From assembly GCF_988242995.1 (NCBI RefSeq), contig NZ_OZ547043.1: a DNA stretch of 64,000 nucleotides. One strand, written 5' to 3'. A program made the position numbers and the translations under genes. Shown piece after piece: positions 9,564 through 21,116 of the stretch. The notes below the pieces were generated by a model, which saw only the letters and a list, made by a program, of their open reading frames with translations, was not told where the DNA came from and did not search any database. Position 1 is the first letter of the stretch. The number at the start of each line of letters is the position of its first letter.

Positions 9564-10613
9564 ATGAAGATCAAAGCTGTTGGTGCATATTCCGCTAAAC
9601 AACCGCTGGAACCGATGGATATTACCAGGCGTGAACCGGGACCGCATGATGTCAAAATTGAAATCGCTTACTGTGGCGTCTGCCATTCCGATCTCCACCA
9701 GGTCCGTTCCGAGTGGGCGGGGACGGTTTACCCCTGCGTGCCGGGTCATGAAATTGTGGGGCGTGTGGTAGCCGTTGGTGATCAGGTAGAAAAACATGCG
9801 CCGGGCGATCTGGTTGGTGTCGGCTGTATTGTCGACAGTTGTAAACATTGCGAAGAGTGTGAAGACGGGCTGGAAAACTACTGTGATCACATGACCGGCA
9901 CCTATAACTCGCCGACGCCGGACGAACCGGGCCATACTCTGGGCGGCTACTCACAACAGATCGTCGTTCATGAGCGATATGTTCTGCGTATTCGTCACCC
10001 GCAAGAGCAGCTGGCGGCGGTGGCACCTTTGTTGTGTGCAGGGATCACCACGTATTCGCCGCTACGTCACTGGCAGGTCGGTCCGGGTAAAAAAGTGGGC
10101 GTGGTCGGCATCGGCGGTCTGGGACATATGGGGATTAAGCTGGCCCACGCGATGGGGGCGCATGTGGTGGCATTTACCACTTCTGAGTCAAAACGCGAAG
10201 CGGCAAAAGCCCTGGGGGCCGATGAAGTTGTTAACTCACGCAATGCCGATGAGATGGCGGCTCATGTGAAGAGTTTCGATTTCATTTTGAATACAGTAGC
10301 TGCGCCACATAATCTCGACGATTTTACCACCTTGCTGAAGCGTGATGGCACCATGACGCTGGTTGGTGCGCCTGCGACACCGCATAAATCACCGGAAGTT
10401 TTCAACCTGATCATGAAACGCCGTGCGATAGCCGGTTCTATGATTGGCGGCATTCCAGAAACACAGGAGATGCTCGATTTTTGCGCCGAACATGGCATCG
10501 TGGCTGATATAGAGATGATTCGGGCCGATCAAATTAATGAAGCCTATGAGCGAATGCTGCGTGGTGATGTGAAATATCGTTTTGTTATCGATAATCGCAC
10601 ACTAACAGACTGA
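9564..10613 (+). CDS. yahK: zinc-dependent NADPH aldehyde reductase
   Basis: 349 aa; GVCHSDLH zinc-ADH motif and GxGxxG fold; SD AGGAG upstream. Confidence 0.9.
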   Translation: MKIKAVGAYSAKQPLEPMDITRREPGPHDVKIEIAYCGVCHSDLHQVRSEWAGTVYPCVPGHEIVGRVVAVGDQVEKHAPGDLVGVGCIVDSCKHCEECEDGLENYCDHMTGTYNSPTPDEPGHTLGGYSQQIVVHERYVLRIRHPQEQLAAVAPLLCAGITTYSPLRHWQVGPGKKVGVVGIGGLGHMGIKLAHAMGAHVVAFTTSESKREAAKALGADEVVNSRNADEMAAHVKSFDFILNTVAAPHNLDDFTTLLKRDGTMTLVGAPATPHKSPEVFNLIMKRRAIAGSMIGGIPETQEMLDFCAEHGIVADIEMIRADQINEAYERMLRGDVKYRFVIDNRTLTD

Positions 10614-10650
10614 AAAAATTAATAAATATCCTGTGGTTTAACATATTAAT

Positions 10651-10688
10651 TTCGCTCTCCACTTAACTTTTTAGTTAAGGAGAGCGAA
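10651..10688. terminator. long hairpin downstream of yahK (putative terminator)
   Basis: 10-bp stem TTCGCTCTCC/GGAGAGCGAA enclosing a second 6-bp stem TTAACT/AGTTAA; weak U-tract. Confidence 0.4.
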
Positions 10689-10855
10689 ATAATATCAAAG
10701 TAGCAGTAAAACCTATAACGTAAATTCAAATTGTTAAATTAACTCCCTCCAGGACACAATACTTCACACGTTAGTTATGAGCGATTTCTGATAGTGCATG
10801 GTTTAATCAGGGCTTTATTATCTGCGACGTTTATTTTTATTTAAGAGAGATCGCG

Positions 10856-11671
10856 ATGATATCATTAAAAGCTCCGCACAATAATTTGATGCCATATACG
10901 CAACAAAGCATACTTAATACAGTAAAAAACAATCAGTTACCAGAGGATATCAAAAGCTCCCTGGTTTCCTGTGTCGATATATTCAAGGTTTTGATTAAAC
11001 AATATTATGATTATCCTTATGATTGTCGTGATGATTTAGTCGATGACGACAAACTCATTCATCTCATGGCTGCCGTACGAGACTGTGAGTGGTCAGACGA
11101 TAACGCACTCACCATAAATGTGCAGTTTAATGATTTCCCAGGATTTTATGACTGGATGGATTACCCTGATCACCCGGTTAAGTTTGTTTTTCGCATACTT
11201 GAAAATCAAAAAGGGACAGTTTGGGTATATGACCAGGATGATGCGTTTCTTGATATTAAAGCAAATGTGCAGGCTGGACGCTTTACCGGGCTTAAGAAAT
11301 TAGTGCAGTTTATCGATTCAGTGCGAACAGATTGCAAATGTATTCTTCTTGAACACCATATGCCTTTGCTGAGACTTTTCCCTAAAGGGAAAGAGTGTAT
11401 GCATGTGGAAAAATGGCTTCGCGAAATGTCGTCTATTCCGGAGACCGACGCACCCATTAAGCAGGCGCTTGCGCATGGATTATTATTACACTTAAAAAAT
11501 ATCTACCCTGTTTTTCCTGAATCACTGGTGATGTTATTGCTCTCTGTTCTGGACGTAAAAACATACAGAGATGATGCGCGATTAAATCAATGGATATCTA
11601 ATAGAGTGCAGGAATTAGGTGACAGATATTATCCTGTAAATAAGCACGTTAAAATCCGCTACACTCTTTAG
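10856..11671 (+). CDS. yahL: protein of unknown function, AT-rich gene
   Basis: 271-aa ORF matching YahL in length and position; low-GC coding sequence. Confidence 0.7.
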   Translation: MISLKAPHNNLMPYTQQSILNTVKNNQLPEDIKSSLVSCVDIFKVLIKQYYDYPYDCRDDLVDDDKLIHLMAAVRDCEWSDDNALTINVQFNDFPGFYDWMDYPDHPVKFVFRILENQKGTVWVYDQDDAFLDIKANVQAGRFTGLKKLVQFIDSVRTDCKCILLEHHMPLLRLFPKGKECMHVEKWLREMSSIPETDAPIKQALAHGLLLHLKNIYPVFPESLVMLLLSVLDVKTYRDDARLNQWISNRVQELGDRYYPVNKHVKIRYTL

Positions 11672-12083
11672 TTCAGAAAGGGTTCCACCTGCGAGTTGTT
11701 ATTCCACCAGAGAGTGAATCGCAAAGCAGGTGATCATTTCATCTGTATATCCGTATGCCAAATGGCATTCCACCGCCTTTTTCGCCGATATTTTGTTGTG
11801 ATCGGCGACACTTCGCTTAAAAAAGCATCAGCAGTGGTTTCGCAGCTATACGGTGTATAAAAAATGATCTCATGCAGATGTTTTGTGAATGTGTGGGTTG
11901 ACATTCATATGAAAAAAATCATAATTCCATCATGTTTGTGTGGGGTCTTTTCTGTATCTTACGCATCGCACTCAAGCCTGACAGAAAATATGCTGTAAGG
12001 CTCATATCAAAAACCGCCATTAGCTCATCAGGAAGAGCAGACGACAACCAGGATTGTTGTATGGTACGGGGTTCGAGGCCTCG

Positions 12084-12329
12084 ATGGCGGTCCAACTTTT
12101 CATAACTCTTCTGAATCAGATCCCCTTATTATCATCCCTGCAAAGTGGAACATTGCCATTGTTTGGCTATTCAGGACGGGTCAGAGCAATGAAAAAAGCC
12201 CACACAGGGGAGAGTGGGCTGAAATGGGAAGCTAAAGACTCAAGTAAACTTATCGGAAATAAGGACCACGCATTACGGGGGCTATCATCGCCGATGGTCG
12301 GGATTCGGCAAATCAGGTTGATTACGTAG
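12084..12329 (+). CDS. yahM: small protein of unknown function
   Basis: 81 aa from ATG 12084; position between yahL and yahN as in K-12. Confidence 0.45.
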   Translation: MAVQLFITLLNQIPLLSSLQSGTLPLFGYSGRVRAMKKAHTGESGLKWEAKDSSKLIGNKDHALRGLSSPMVGIRQIRLIT

Positions 12330-12336
12330 AGAGTAA

Positions 12337-13017
12337 ATTATCTGCTCACCGCTGTGTCACCCCTTCGTAAATCAGGCGTAGCGCGAATACACCAATAATT
12401 GCACCAATAACCCGACTGGCAACGCGTTGCATACGCCCATAAGCACGACGCACAGCGGGCAAAGAAAACGCCTGACTAAGAAAAACGCGCCAGATAATTG
12501 ATGCGAGCACAATCCCCGCTCAGGCCATTAAACGTGCCCATGTTGGTGTTTCGGCATTTAATGTTACTGAGAAAATACTGATAAAAAATAAAACGGTTTG
12601 CGGGTTAGAGAGATCGGTAATTAATCCACGGCGAAAAAAGACATACCAGGGGGCGTTAATCGGTTGTTGTAGTGTGCTCATTTGCGGTGTTGACTGGCGG
12701 CGCATGCTGCACCACGCAAACCATAAGAGATAAGCGCCGCCGACGATTCTGATAAGCGAAAAAATCTCCTCACACTGCGTAATTAGCGTTGCAAGACCAA
12801 ACAAACCCAACCCGGAATAAAATGCATCGCCCAGCGCCACGCCCAGCCCGGTCAGCACCCCTGCGCGTCGACCGGAAGCCAGGCTGGTTTGTACTACCAC
12901 AAAGAGATTGGCTCCCGGATTAAAAAAAGTAATCACGAACAGTCCTACGGTCAGATAAACGGCGTGCAAAGGATCCATAGTGATTTCATCCATAAATAAG
13001 TGAAGTAACTTCATCAT
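12337..13017 (-). pseudogene. yahN: LysE/RhtB-family amino-acid exporter interrupted by an in-frame TGA
   Basis: ORF stops after 165 aa at TGA (12520..12522); the same frame continues past the stop with LysE-like hydrophobic sequence (AGIVLASIIWRVF...RLIYEG); LysE-family proteins are usually about 200-225 aa. Confidence 0.55.
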
Positions 13018-13163
13018 ATTTCTACCAAAAATAATCGGGTGCGAGAGAGATCACAAAGTGTCTTATTTCCGGTTACTGGCGTTTATGCCCTGACTGAACT
13101 AATTATTAATCAACCCAATAATGTGGGTGGGTGATAGTGTGATAACAACTCTGGAGCCGTAAT

Positions 13164-13439
13164 ATGAAAATAATCTCTAAAATGTTAGTCGGTGCGTTAG
13201 CGTTTGCCGTTACCAATGTCTATGCCGCAGAATTAATGACCAAAGCGGAATTTGAAAAGGTTGAATCGCAATATGAAAAAATAGGTGATATTTCAACCAG
13301 TAATGAAATGTCGACTGCAGATGCAAAAGAAGATTTAATCAAAAAAGCCGATGAAAAAGGGGCTGATGTGTTGGTACTGACCTCCGGTCAAACTGACAAT
13401 AAGATCCACGGCACGGCAAATATTTATAAGAAGAAGTAA
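13164..13439 (+). CDS. yahO: periplasmic DUF1471 (YhcN-family) protein
   Basis: 91 aa with signal peptide; recognised YahO sequence. Confidence 0.85.
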   Translation: MKIISKMLVGALAFAVTNVYAAELMTKAEFEKVESQYEKIGDISTSNEMSTADAKEDLIKKADEKGADVLVLTSGQTDNKIHGTANIYKKK

Positions 13440-13506
13440 TTCTGAATCCTATGTAAACATCCCCGATGCGTAAGTTTATCGGTGATCATCATCTATTGAA
13501 ATTTAT

Positions 13507-13537
13507 GCCGGATAAAGCGTTCGCGCTGCATTCGGCA
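13507..13537. repeat. REP element
   Basis: GCCGGATAAAGCGTTCGCGCTGCATTCGGC palindromic unit between yahO and prpR. Confidence 0.7.
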
Positions 13538-13539
13538 GT

Positions 13540-15126
13540 TCAGTTTTTCAGCCGCCGCCAGAACGTCGTCCGGCTTATGCCTAAATAATTCGCCGCTGCT
13601 GTTTTATCGCCTTTAAATTTCTCCAGTGCCTGTTGTGGTGTCAGTAAGCGTGGAGCGGGAATTTTCGCCGACTCGCGCGCCAGTTCCGGCAGTAGCAGCT
13701 GCAAAAATTGCGGCGTTAAATCCGGCGTCGGTTCCACACTTAAAAACAGCGCCAGTCGCTCCATCATATTGCGCAGTTCACGAATATTGCCCGGCCAGTC
13801 GTAGTGCACCAGCACGGTTTCGCTTGCCTGTAACCCCTGGCGTAATGCGGCAGAAAACGGGGCGGAGAGCGCCGCCAGAGACACTTTCAAAAAGCTTTCC
13901 GCCAGCGGCAGAATATCCGCCACCCGCTCGCGCAGTGGTGGCAATTGCAGACGCAAAATACTCAGCCGATAAAACAGATCACGGCGAAAACGTCCTTGCT
14001 GCATATCTTCTTCCAGATTGCAGTGAGTGGCGCTAATGACCCGCACATCTAACGGAACAGGCTGATGCCCGCCGACGCGGGTGACCTCTTTTTCTTCCAG
14101 CACCCGTAACAGGCGAGTCTGCAAAGGTAGCGGCATTTCGCCAATCTCATCCAGAAACAGCGTACCGCCGTGGGCAATTTCGAACAGCCCGGCGCGACCT
14201 CCACGTCGCGAGCCGGTGAACGCCCCTTCCTCATAGCCAAACAGCTCTGCTTCCAGCAGCGATTCGGCAATCGCCCCGCAGTTGACGGCAACAAACGGAT
14301 GCGACTTTTTGCCCTGTCGCGCATCGTGGCGGGCAAAATATTCCCGATGAATCGCCTGGGCCGCCAGCTCTTTGCCCGTCCCCGTTTCCCCTTCAATCAA
14401 CACCGCTGCACTGGAGCGGGCATACAGCAAAATAGTCTGCCGTACCTGTTCCATCTGTGGTGATTGACCGAGCATATCGCCCAGCACGTAACGAGTACGC
14501 AGGGCGTTGCGGGTGGCATCGTGAGTGTTATGGCGTAACGACATGCGCGTCATATCCAGCGCATCGCTGAATGCCTGGCGCACGGTGGCGGCGGAATAGA
14601 TAAAAATTCCGGTCATTCCGGCTTCTTCTGCCAAATCGGTAATCAGCCCCGCGCCGACCACCGCTTCGGTGCCGTTAGCTTTCAGCTCGTTAATCTGCCC
14701 GCGCGCGTCTTCTTCGGTAATGTAGCTACGTTGGTCGAGGCGCAAATTAAAGGTTTTTTGAAACGCCACCAGCGCTGGAATGGTTTCCTGATAAGTGACA
14801 ACGCCGATAGAAGAGGTGAGTTTTCCGGCTTTTGCCAGTGCCTGTAACACATCGTAGCCGCTCGGTTTAATCAAAATAACTGGCACTGACAGGCGGCTTT
14901 TCAGGTACGCGCCGTTAGAGCCAGCAGCGATGATGGCGTCACAGCGTTCGCTTGCCAGTTTCTTGCGGATGTAGGTCACCGCTTTTTCAAAGCCAAGCTG
15001 GATAGGGGTAATGTTCGCCAGATGATCAAACTCGAGGCTGATATCGCGAAACAGCTCGAACAGGCGCGTCACCGATACCGTCCAGATAACCGGTTTGTCG
15101 TCATTCAGCCGTGGTGGATGTGCCAT
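13540..15126 (-). CDS. prpR: sigma-54-dependent propionate catabolism activator
   Basis: 528 aa from MAHPP...; AAA+ Walker A GETGTGKE and GAFTGS sigma-54 contact motif; C-terminal HTH. Confidence 0.9.
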   Translation of the reverse strand: MAHPPRLNDDKPVIWTVSVTRLFELFRDISLEFDHLANITPIQLGFEKAVTYIRKKLASERCDAIIAAGSNGAYLKSRLSVPVILIKPSGYDVLQALAKAGKLTSSIGVVTYQETIPALVAFQKTFNLRLDQRSYITEEDARGQINELKANGTEAVVGAGLITDLAEEAGMTGIFIYSAATVRQAFSDALDMTRMSLRHNTHDATRNALRTRYVLGDMLGQSPQMEQVRQTILLYARSSAAVLIEGETGTGKELAAQAIHREYFARHDARQGKKSHPFVAVNCGAIAESLLEAELFGYEEGAFTGSRRGGRAGLFEIAHGGTLFLDEIGEMPLPLQTRLLRVLEEKEVTRVGGHQPVPLDVRVISATHCNLEEDMQQGRFRRDLFYRLSILRLQLPPLRERVADILPLAESFLKVSLAALSAPFSAALRQGLQASETVLVHYDWPGNIRELRNMMERLALFLSVEPTPDLTPQFLQLLLPELARESAKIPAPRLLTPQQALEKFKGDKTAAANYLGISRTTFWRRLKN

Positions 15127-15302
15127 AGCGCACCGCAAAATTAAGAAACCGAATATTGGGTTTAGCCTTGTTTCATAATTGTTGCAATGAAACGCGGTGA
15201 AACATTGCCTGAAACGTTAACTGAAACGCATATTTGCGGATTACTTCATGACTTTATTTATAACAAATTGAAATTAAACATTTAATTTTATTCAGTCAAT
15301 TG

Positions 15303-15318
15303 TGGCACACCCCTTGCT
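15303..15318 (+). promoter_or_regulatory. sigma-54 promoter of prpBCDE
   Basis: TGGCAC-N5-TTGCT (-24/-12 consensus) about 45 bp upstream of the prpB ATG. Confidence 0.8.
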
Positions 15319-15364
15319 TTGTCTTTATTAACGCAAATAACAAGTTGATAACAAAGGATGGGCT

Positions 15365-16255
15365 ATGTCTCTACACTCTCCAGGTAAAGCGTTTCGCGCT
15401 GCACTGTCTAAAGAAAATCCATTGCAGATTGTCGGCACCATCAACGCTAACCATGCGCTGCTGGCGCAGCGTGCCGGATATCAGGCAATTTATCTCTCCG
15501 GCGGTGGCGTGGCGGCAGGGTCGCTGGGGCTGCCCGATCTCGGTATTTCTACTCTTGATGACGTGCTGACAGATATTCGCCGTATCACCGACGTTTGTTC
15601 GCTGCCGCTGCTGGTGGATGCGGATATCGGTTTTGGTTCTTCTGCTTTTAACGTGGCGCGCACCGTGAAATCGATGATTAAAGCCGGTGCGGCAGGATTG
15701 CATATTGAAGATCAGGTTGGTGCGAAACGCTGCGGTCATCGTCCGAATAAAGCGATCGTCTCGAAAGAGGAGATGGTGGATCGGATCCGCGCGGCGGTGG
15801 ATGCGAAAACCGATCCTGATTTTGTGATCATGGCGCGCACCGATGCGCTGGCGGTTGAAGGGCTGGACGCCGCGATCGAGCGTGCGCAGGCCTACGTTGA
15901 AGCGGGTGCCGAGATGTTGTTCCCGGAGGCGATTACCGAACTCGCCATGTACCGCCAGTTTGCCGATGCGGTGCAGGTGCCGATCCTCGCCAACATCACC
16001 GAATTTGGCGCAACACCGCTGTTTACCACCGACGAATTACGCAGCGCCCATGTTGCAATGGCGCTGTACCCGCTTTCAGCGTTTCGCGCCATGAACCGCG
16101 CCGCCGAACATGTCTACAACGTCCTGCGTCAGGAAGGCACGCAGAAAAGCGTCATCGACACCATGCAAACCCGCAACGAGCTGTACGAAAGCATCAATTA
16201 CTACCAGTACGAAGAGAAGCTCGACGACCTGTTTGCCCGTAGCCAGGTGAAATAA
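15365..16255 (+). CDS. prpB: 2-methylisocitrate lyase
   Basis: 296 aa, recognised PrpB sequence. Confidence 0.95.
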   Translation: MSLHSPGKAFRAALSKENPLQIVGTINANHALLAQRAGYQAIYLSGGGVAAGSLGLPDLGISTLDDVLTDIRRITDVCSLPLLVDADIGFGSSAFNVARTVKSMIKAGAAGLHIEDQVGAKRCGHRPNKAIVSKEEMVDRIRAAVDAKTDPDFVIMARTDALAVEGLDAAIERAQAYVEAGAEMLFPEAITELAMYRQFADAVQVPILANITEFGATPLFTTDELRSAHVAMALYPLSAFRAMNRAAEHVYNVLRQEGTQKSVIDTMQTRNELYESINYYQYEEKLDDLFARSQVK

Positions 16256-16299
16256 AACACAACGAAAAATATCTCGACCCTACAAATGACGAGGACAAT

Positions 16300-17469
16300 A
16301 TGAGCGACACAACGATCCTGCAAAACAGTACCCATGTCATTAAACCGAAAAAATCGGTGGCACTTTCTGGCGTTCCGGCGGGCAATACGGCGCTCTGCAC
16401 CGTGGGTAAAAGTGGCAATGATTTGCATTACCGAGGCTACGACATTCTTGATCTGGCGGAACATTGCGAATTTGAAGAAGTGGCGCATCTGCTGATCCAC
16501 GGCAAACTGCCGACCCGTGACGAACTCGCCGCCTACAAAACGAAACTGAAAGCCCTGCGCGGTTTACCGGCTAACGTGCGTACCGTGCTGGAAGCCTTAC
16601 CGGCGGCGTCACACCCGATGGATGTTATGCGCACCGGCGTTTCCGCGCTCGGCTGCACGCTGCCAGAAAAAGAGGGGCATACCGTCTCTGGCGCGCGGGA
16701 TATTGCCGACAAACTGCTGGCGTCACTTAGCTCGATTCTTCTCTACTGGTATCACTACAGCCACAACGGCGAACGCATTCAGCCGGAAACCGATGACGAC
16801 TCCATCGGCGGTCACTTCCTGCATCTGCTGCATGGCGAAAAGCCGTCGCAAAGCTGGGAAAAGGCGATGCATATTTCGCTGGTGCTGTACGCCGAACACG
16901 AGTTTAACGCCTCCACCTTTACCAGCCGGGTGATTGCGGGCACCGGCTCTGATATGTATTCCGCGATTATTGGCGCGATTGGTGCACTGCGCGGGCCGAA
17001 GCACGGCGGGGCGAATGAAGTGTCGCTGGAGATCCAGCAACGCTACGAAACGCCGGACGAAGCCGAAGCCGATATCCGCAAGCGGGTGGAAAACAAAGAA
17101 GTGGTCATTGGTTTTGGTCATCCGGTTTATACCATCGCCGACCCGCGTCATCAGGTGATCAAACGCGTGGCGAAGCAGCTCTCGCAGGAAGGCGGTTCGC
17201 TGAAGATGTATAACATCGCCGATCGCCTGGAAACAGTGATGTGGGAGAGCAAAAAGATGTTCCCCAATCTCGACTGGTTCTCCGCTGTTTCCTACAACAT
17301 GATGGGCGTTCCCACCGAGATGTTCACCCCACTGTTTGTTATCGCCCGCGTCACCGGCTGGGCGGCGCACATTATCGAACAACGTCAGGACAACAAAATT
17401 ATCCGTCCTTCCGCCAATTATGTTGGACCGGAAGACCGCCAGTTTGTCGCGCTGGATAAGCGCCAGTAA
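16300..17469 (+). CDS. prpC: 2-methylcitrate synthase
   Basis: 389 aa, citrate synthase family. Confidence 0.95.
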   Translation: MSDTTILQNSTHVIKPKKSVALSGVPAGNTALCTVGKSGNDLHYRGYDILDLAEHCEFEEVAHLLIHGKLPTRDELAAYKTKLKALRGLPANVRTVLEALPAASHPMDVMRTGVSALGCTLPEKEGHTVSGARDIADKLLASLSSILLYWYHYSHNGERIQPETDDDSIGGHFLHLLHGEKPSQSWEKAMHISLVLYAEHEFNASTFTSRVIAGTGSDMYSAIIGAIGALRGPKHGGANEVSLEIQQRYETPDEAEADIRKRVENKEVVIGFGHPVYTIADPRHQVIKRVAKQLSQEGGSLKMYNIADRLETVMWESKKMFPNLDWFSAVSYNMMGVPTEMFTPLFVIARVTGWAAHIIEQRQDNKIIRPSANYVGPEDRQFVALDKRQ

Positions 17470-17502
17470 ACCTCTACGAATAACAATAAGGAAACGTACC
17501 CA

Positions 17503-18954
17503 ATGTCAGCTCAAATCAACAACATCCGCCCGGAATTTGATCGTGAAATCGTTGATATCGTCGATTACGTGATGAACTACGAAATCAGCTCCAGAGTGGC
17601 CTACGAGACCGCACATTACTGCCTGCTCGACACGCTCGGCTGCGGTCTGGAAGCTCTCGAATACCCGGCCTGTAAAAAACTGCTGGGGCCAATTGTCCCT
17701 GGCACCGTCGTACCCAACGGCGTGCGCGTCCCCGGAACTCAGTTCCAGCTCGACCCCGTCCAGGCGGCATTTAACATCGGCGCGATGATCCGTTGGCTCG
17801 ATTTCAACGATACCTGGCTGGCGGCGGAGTGGGGCCATCCTTCCGACAACCTCGGCGGCATTCTGGCAACGGCGGACTGGCTTTCGCGCAACGCGGTCGC
17901 TAGCGGCAAAGCGCCGTTGACCATGAAGCAGGTGCTGACCGGAATGATCAAAGCCCATGAAATTCAGGGCTGCATCGCGCTGGAAAACTCCTTTAACCGC
18001 GTCGGCCTCGACCACGTTCTGTTAGTGAAAGTGGCTTCCACCGCCGTGGTCGCCGAAATGCTCGGCCTGACCCGCGAGGAAATTCTCAACGCCGTTTCGC
18101 TGGCGTGGGTGGACGGTCAGTCGCTGCGCACCTATCGCCATGCGCCGAACACCGGCACGCGTAAATCCTGGGCGGCGGGCGATGCCACTTCCCGCGCGGT
18201 ACGTCTGGCACTGATGGCGAAAACGGGCGAAATGGGTTACCCGTCAGCCCTGACTGCGCCGGTATGGGGCTTCTACGACGTCTCCTTCAAAGGTGAATCG
18301 TTCCGCTTCCAGCGCCCGTACGGTTCTTACGTCATGGAAAATGTGCTGTTCAAAATCTCCTTCCCGGCGGAGTTCCACTCCCAGACGGCAGTTGAAGCAG
18401 CGATGACGCTCTATGAACAGATGCAGGCAGCAGGCAAAACGGCGGCAGATATCGAAAAAGTGACCATTCGCACCCACGAAGCCTGTATTCGCATCATCGA
18501 CAAAAAAGGACCGCTCAATAACCCGGCAGACCGCGACCACTGCATTCAGTACATGGTGGCGATCCCGCTGCTGTTCGGACGCTTAACGGCGGCAGATTAC
18601 GAGGACAACGTTGCGCAAGATAAACGCATCGACGCCCTGCGCGAGAAGATCAATTGCTTTGAAGATCCGGCATTTACCGCTGACTACCACGACCCGGAAA
18701 AACGTGCCATCGCCAATGCCATAACCCTTGAGTTCACCGACGGTACGCGATTTGAAGAAGTGGTGGTGGAGTACCCAATTGGTCATGCTCGCCGCCGTCA
18801 GGATGGCATTCCGAAGCTGGTCGATAAATTCAAAATCAATCTCGCGCGCCAGTTCCCGACTCGCCAACAGCAGCGCATTCTGGAGGTTTCTCTCGACAGA
18901 GCTCGCCTGGAACAGATGCCGGTTAATGAGTATCTCGACCTGTACGTCATTTAA
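17503..18954 (+). CDS. prpD: 2-methylcitrate dehydratase
   Basis: 483 aa, MmgE/PrpD family. Confidence 0.95.
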   Translation: MSAQINNIRPEFDREIVDIVDYVMNYEISSRVAYETAHYCLLDTLGCGLEALEYPACKKLLGPIVPGTVVPNGVRVPGTQFQLDPVQAAFNIGAMIRWLDFNDTWLAAEWGHPSDNLGGILATADWLSRNAVASGKAPLTMKQVLTGMIKAHEIQGCIALENSFNRVGLDHVLLVKVASTAVVAEMLGLTREEILNAVSLAWVDGQSLRTYRHAPNTGTRKSWAAGDATSRAVRLALMAKTGEMGYPSALTAPVWGFYDVSFKGESFRFQRPYGSYVMENVLFKISFPAEFHSQTAVEAAMTLYEQMQAAGKTAADIEKVTIRTHEACIRIIDKKGPLNNPADRDHCIQYMVAIPLLFGRLTAADYEDNVAQDKRIDALREKINCFEDPAFTADYHDPEKRAIANAITLEFTDGTRFEEVVVEYPIGHARRRQDGIPKLVDKFKINLARQFPTRQQQRILEVSLDRARLEQMPVNEYLDLYVI

Positions 18955-18993
18955 GCAAACAGCGGTAAGGCGTAAGTTCAACAGGAGAGCATT

Positions 18994-20880
18994 ATGTCTT
19001 TTAGCGAATTTTATCAGCGTTCGATTAACGAACCGGAGCAGTTCTGGGCCGAGCAGGCCCGGCGTATTGACTGGCAGACGCCCTTTACGCAAACGCTCGA
19101 TCACAGCAATCCGCCGTTTGTCCGTTGGTTTTGTGAAGGCCGAACCAACTTGTGTCACAACGCTATCGACCGCTGGCTGGAGAAACAGCCAGAGGCGCTG
19201 GCGCTGATTGCCGTCTCTTCGGAAACAGAAGAAGAGTGCACCTTTACCTTCCGCCAGTTACATGACGAAGTGAATGCGGTGGCCTCAATGCTGCGCTCGC
19301 TGGGTGTGCAGCGCGGCGATCGGGTGCTGGTGTATATGCCGATGATTGCCGAAGCGCATATTACTCTGCTGGCTTGCGCGCGCATTGGCGCTATTCACTC
19401 GGTGGTGTTTGGGGGATTTGCCTCGCACAGCGTGGCGGCGCGAATTGATGATGCTAAACCGGTGCTGATTGTCTCGGCTGATGCCGGAGCGCGCGGTGGC
19501 AAAATCATTCCCTATAAAAAATTGCTCGACGATGCGATAAGTCAGGCGCAGCACCAGCCACGCCATGTTTTGCTGGTGGATCGCGGGCTGGCGAAAATGG
19601 CACGCGTCAGCGGGCGGGATGTCGATTTCGCGTCGTTGCGCCATCAACACATCGGCGCACGGGTACCGGTGGCGTGGCTGGAATCCAACGAAACCTCCTG
19701 CATTCTCTACACCTCCGGCACGACCGGCAAACCTAAAGGCGTGCAGCGTGACGTTGGCGGATATGCGGTGGCGCTGGCGACCTCGATGGACACCATTTTT
19801 GGCGGCAAAGCGGGCGGTGTGTTCTTTTGTGCTTCGGATATCGGCTGGGTGGTGGGGCATTCGTATATCGTCTACGCGCCGCTGCTGGCGGGGATGGCGA
19901 CTATCGTTTACGAAGGATTACCGACCTGGCCGGACTGCGGCGTGTGGTGGAAAATCGTCGAGAAATATCAGGTTAGCCGCATGTTCTCAGCGCCGACCGC
20001 CATTCGCGTGCTGAAAAAATTCCCTACCGCTGAAATTCGCAAACACGATCTCTCGTCGCTGGAAGTGCTCTATCTGGCTGGAGAACCGCTGGACGAGCCG
20101 ACCGCCAGTTGGGTGAGCAATACGCTGGATGTGCCGGTCATCGACAACTACTGGCAGACCGAATCCGGCTGGCCGATTATGGCGATTGCTCGCGGTCTGG
20201 ACGACAGGCCGACGCGTCTGGGAAGCCCCGGCGTGCCGATGTATGGCTATAACGTGCAGTTGCTTAATGAAGTCACCGGCGAACCGTGTGGCGTCAACGA
20301 GAAAGGGATGCTGGTGGTGGAAGGGCCATTGCCGCCGGGGTGTATTCAGACCATTTGGGGCGACGACGACCGCTTTGTGAAGACGTACTGGTCGCTGTTT
20401 TCCCGCCCGGTGTACGCCACCTTTGACTGGGGCATCCGTGACGCTGACGGTTATCACTTTATTCTCGGGCGCACTGACGATGTAATTAACGTTGCCGGGC
20501 ATCGGCTGGGGACGCGCGAGATTGAAGAGAGTATCTCCAGTCATCCGGGCGTTGCCGAAGTGGCGGTGGTTGGGGTGAAAGATGCGCTGAAAGGGCAGGT
20601 GGCGGTGGCGTTTGTTATTCCGAAAGAGAGCGACAGTCTGGAAGATCGTGATGTGGCGCATTCGCAAGAGAAGGCGATTATGGCGCTGGTGGACAGCCAG
20701 ATTGGCAACTTTGGCCGCCCGGCGCACGTCTGGTTTGTCTCGCAATTGCCAAAAACGCGATCCGGAAAAATGCTGCGCCGCACGATCCAGGCGATTTGCG
20801 AAGGACGCGATCCTGGGGATCTGACGACCATTGATGATCCTGCGTCGTTGGATCAGATCCGCCAGGCGATGGAAGAGTAG
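18994..20880 (+). CDS. prpE: propionyl-CoA synthetase
   Basis: 628 aa, AMP-forming acyl-CoA synthetase motifs (YTSGTTGKPKG). Confidence 0.95.
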   Translation: MSFSEFYQRSINEPEQFWAEQARRIDWQTPFTQTLDHSNPPFVRWFCEGRTNLCHNAIDRWLEKQPEALALIAVSSETEEECTFTFRQLHDEVNAVASMLRSLGVQRGDRVLVYMPMIAEAHITLLACARIGAIHSVVFGGFASHSVAARIDDAKPVLIVSADAGARGGKIIPYKKLLDDAISQAQHQPRHVLLVDRGLAKMARVSGRDVDFASLRHQHIGARVPVAWLESNETSCILYTSGTTGKPKGVQRDVGGYAVALATSMDTIFGGKAGGVFFCASDIGWVVGHSYIVYAPLLAGMATIVYEGLPTWPDCGVWWKIVEKYQVSRMFSAPTAIRVLKKFPTAEIRKHDLSSLEVLYLAGEPLDEPTASWVSNTLDVPVIDNYWQTESGWPIMAIARGLDDRPTRLGSPGVPMYGYNVQLLNEVTGEPCGVNEKGMLVVEGPLPPGCIQTIWGDDDRFVKTYWSLFSRPVYATFDWGIRDADGYHFILGRTDDVINVAGHRLGTREIEESISSHPGVAEVAVVGVKDALKGQVAVAFVIPKESDSLEDRDVAHSQEKAIMALVDSQIGNFGRPAHVWFVSQLPKTRSGKMLRRTIQAICEGRDPGDLTTIDDPASLDQIRQAMEE

Positions 20881-20885
20881 GTTAT

Positions 20886-20964
20886 TGTCGGATGCGTCGC
20901 CTGGCGTATCCGACACCATGCGCCGATGCCTGATGCGACGCTTACCGCGTCTTATTATGGCTAC
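20886..20964. repeat. BIME: two REP units
   Basis: TGTCGGATGCGTCGCCTGGCGTATCCGACA followed by GATGCCTGATGCGACGCTTACCGCGTCTTATTATGGCTAC. Confidence 0.7.
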
Positions 20965-21116
20965 CCACTGTTTTTACACCGATAATTTTTCCCCCACCTT
21001 TTTGCACTCATTCATATAAAAAATATATTTCCCCACGAAAACGATTGCTTTTTATCTTCAGATGAATAGAATGCGGCGGATTTTTTGGGTTTCAAACAGC
21101 AAAAAGGGGGAATTTC

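Noticed and set aside
13626-20919. Numerous antisense or alternate-frame ORFs inside prpR, prpBCDE, lacZ and other genes
   Set aside because: They are GC-rich shadow ORFs overlapping well-supported conserved genes
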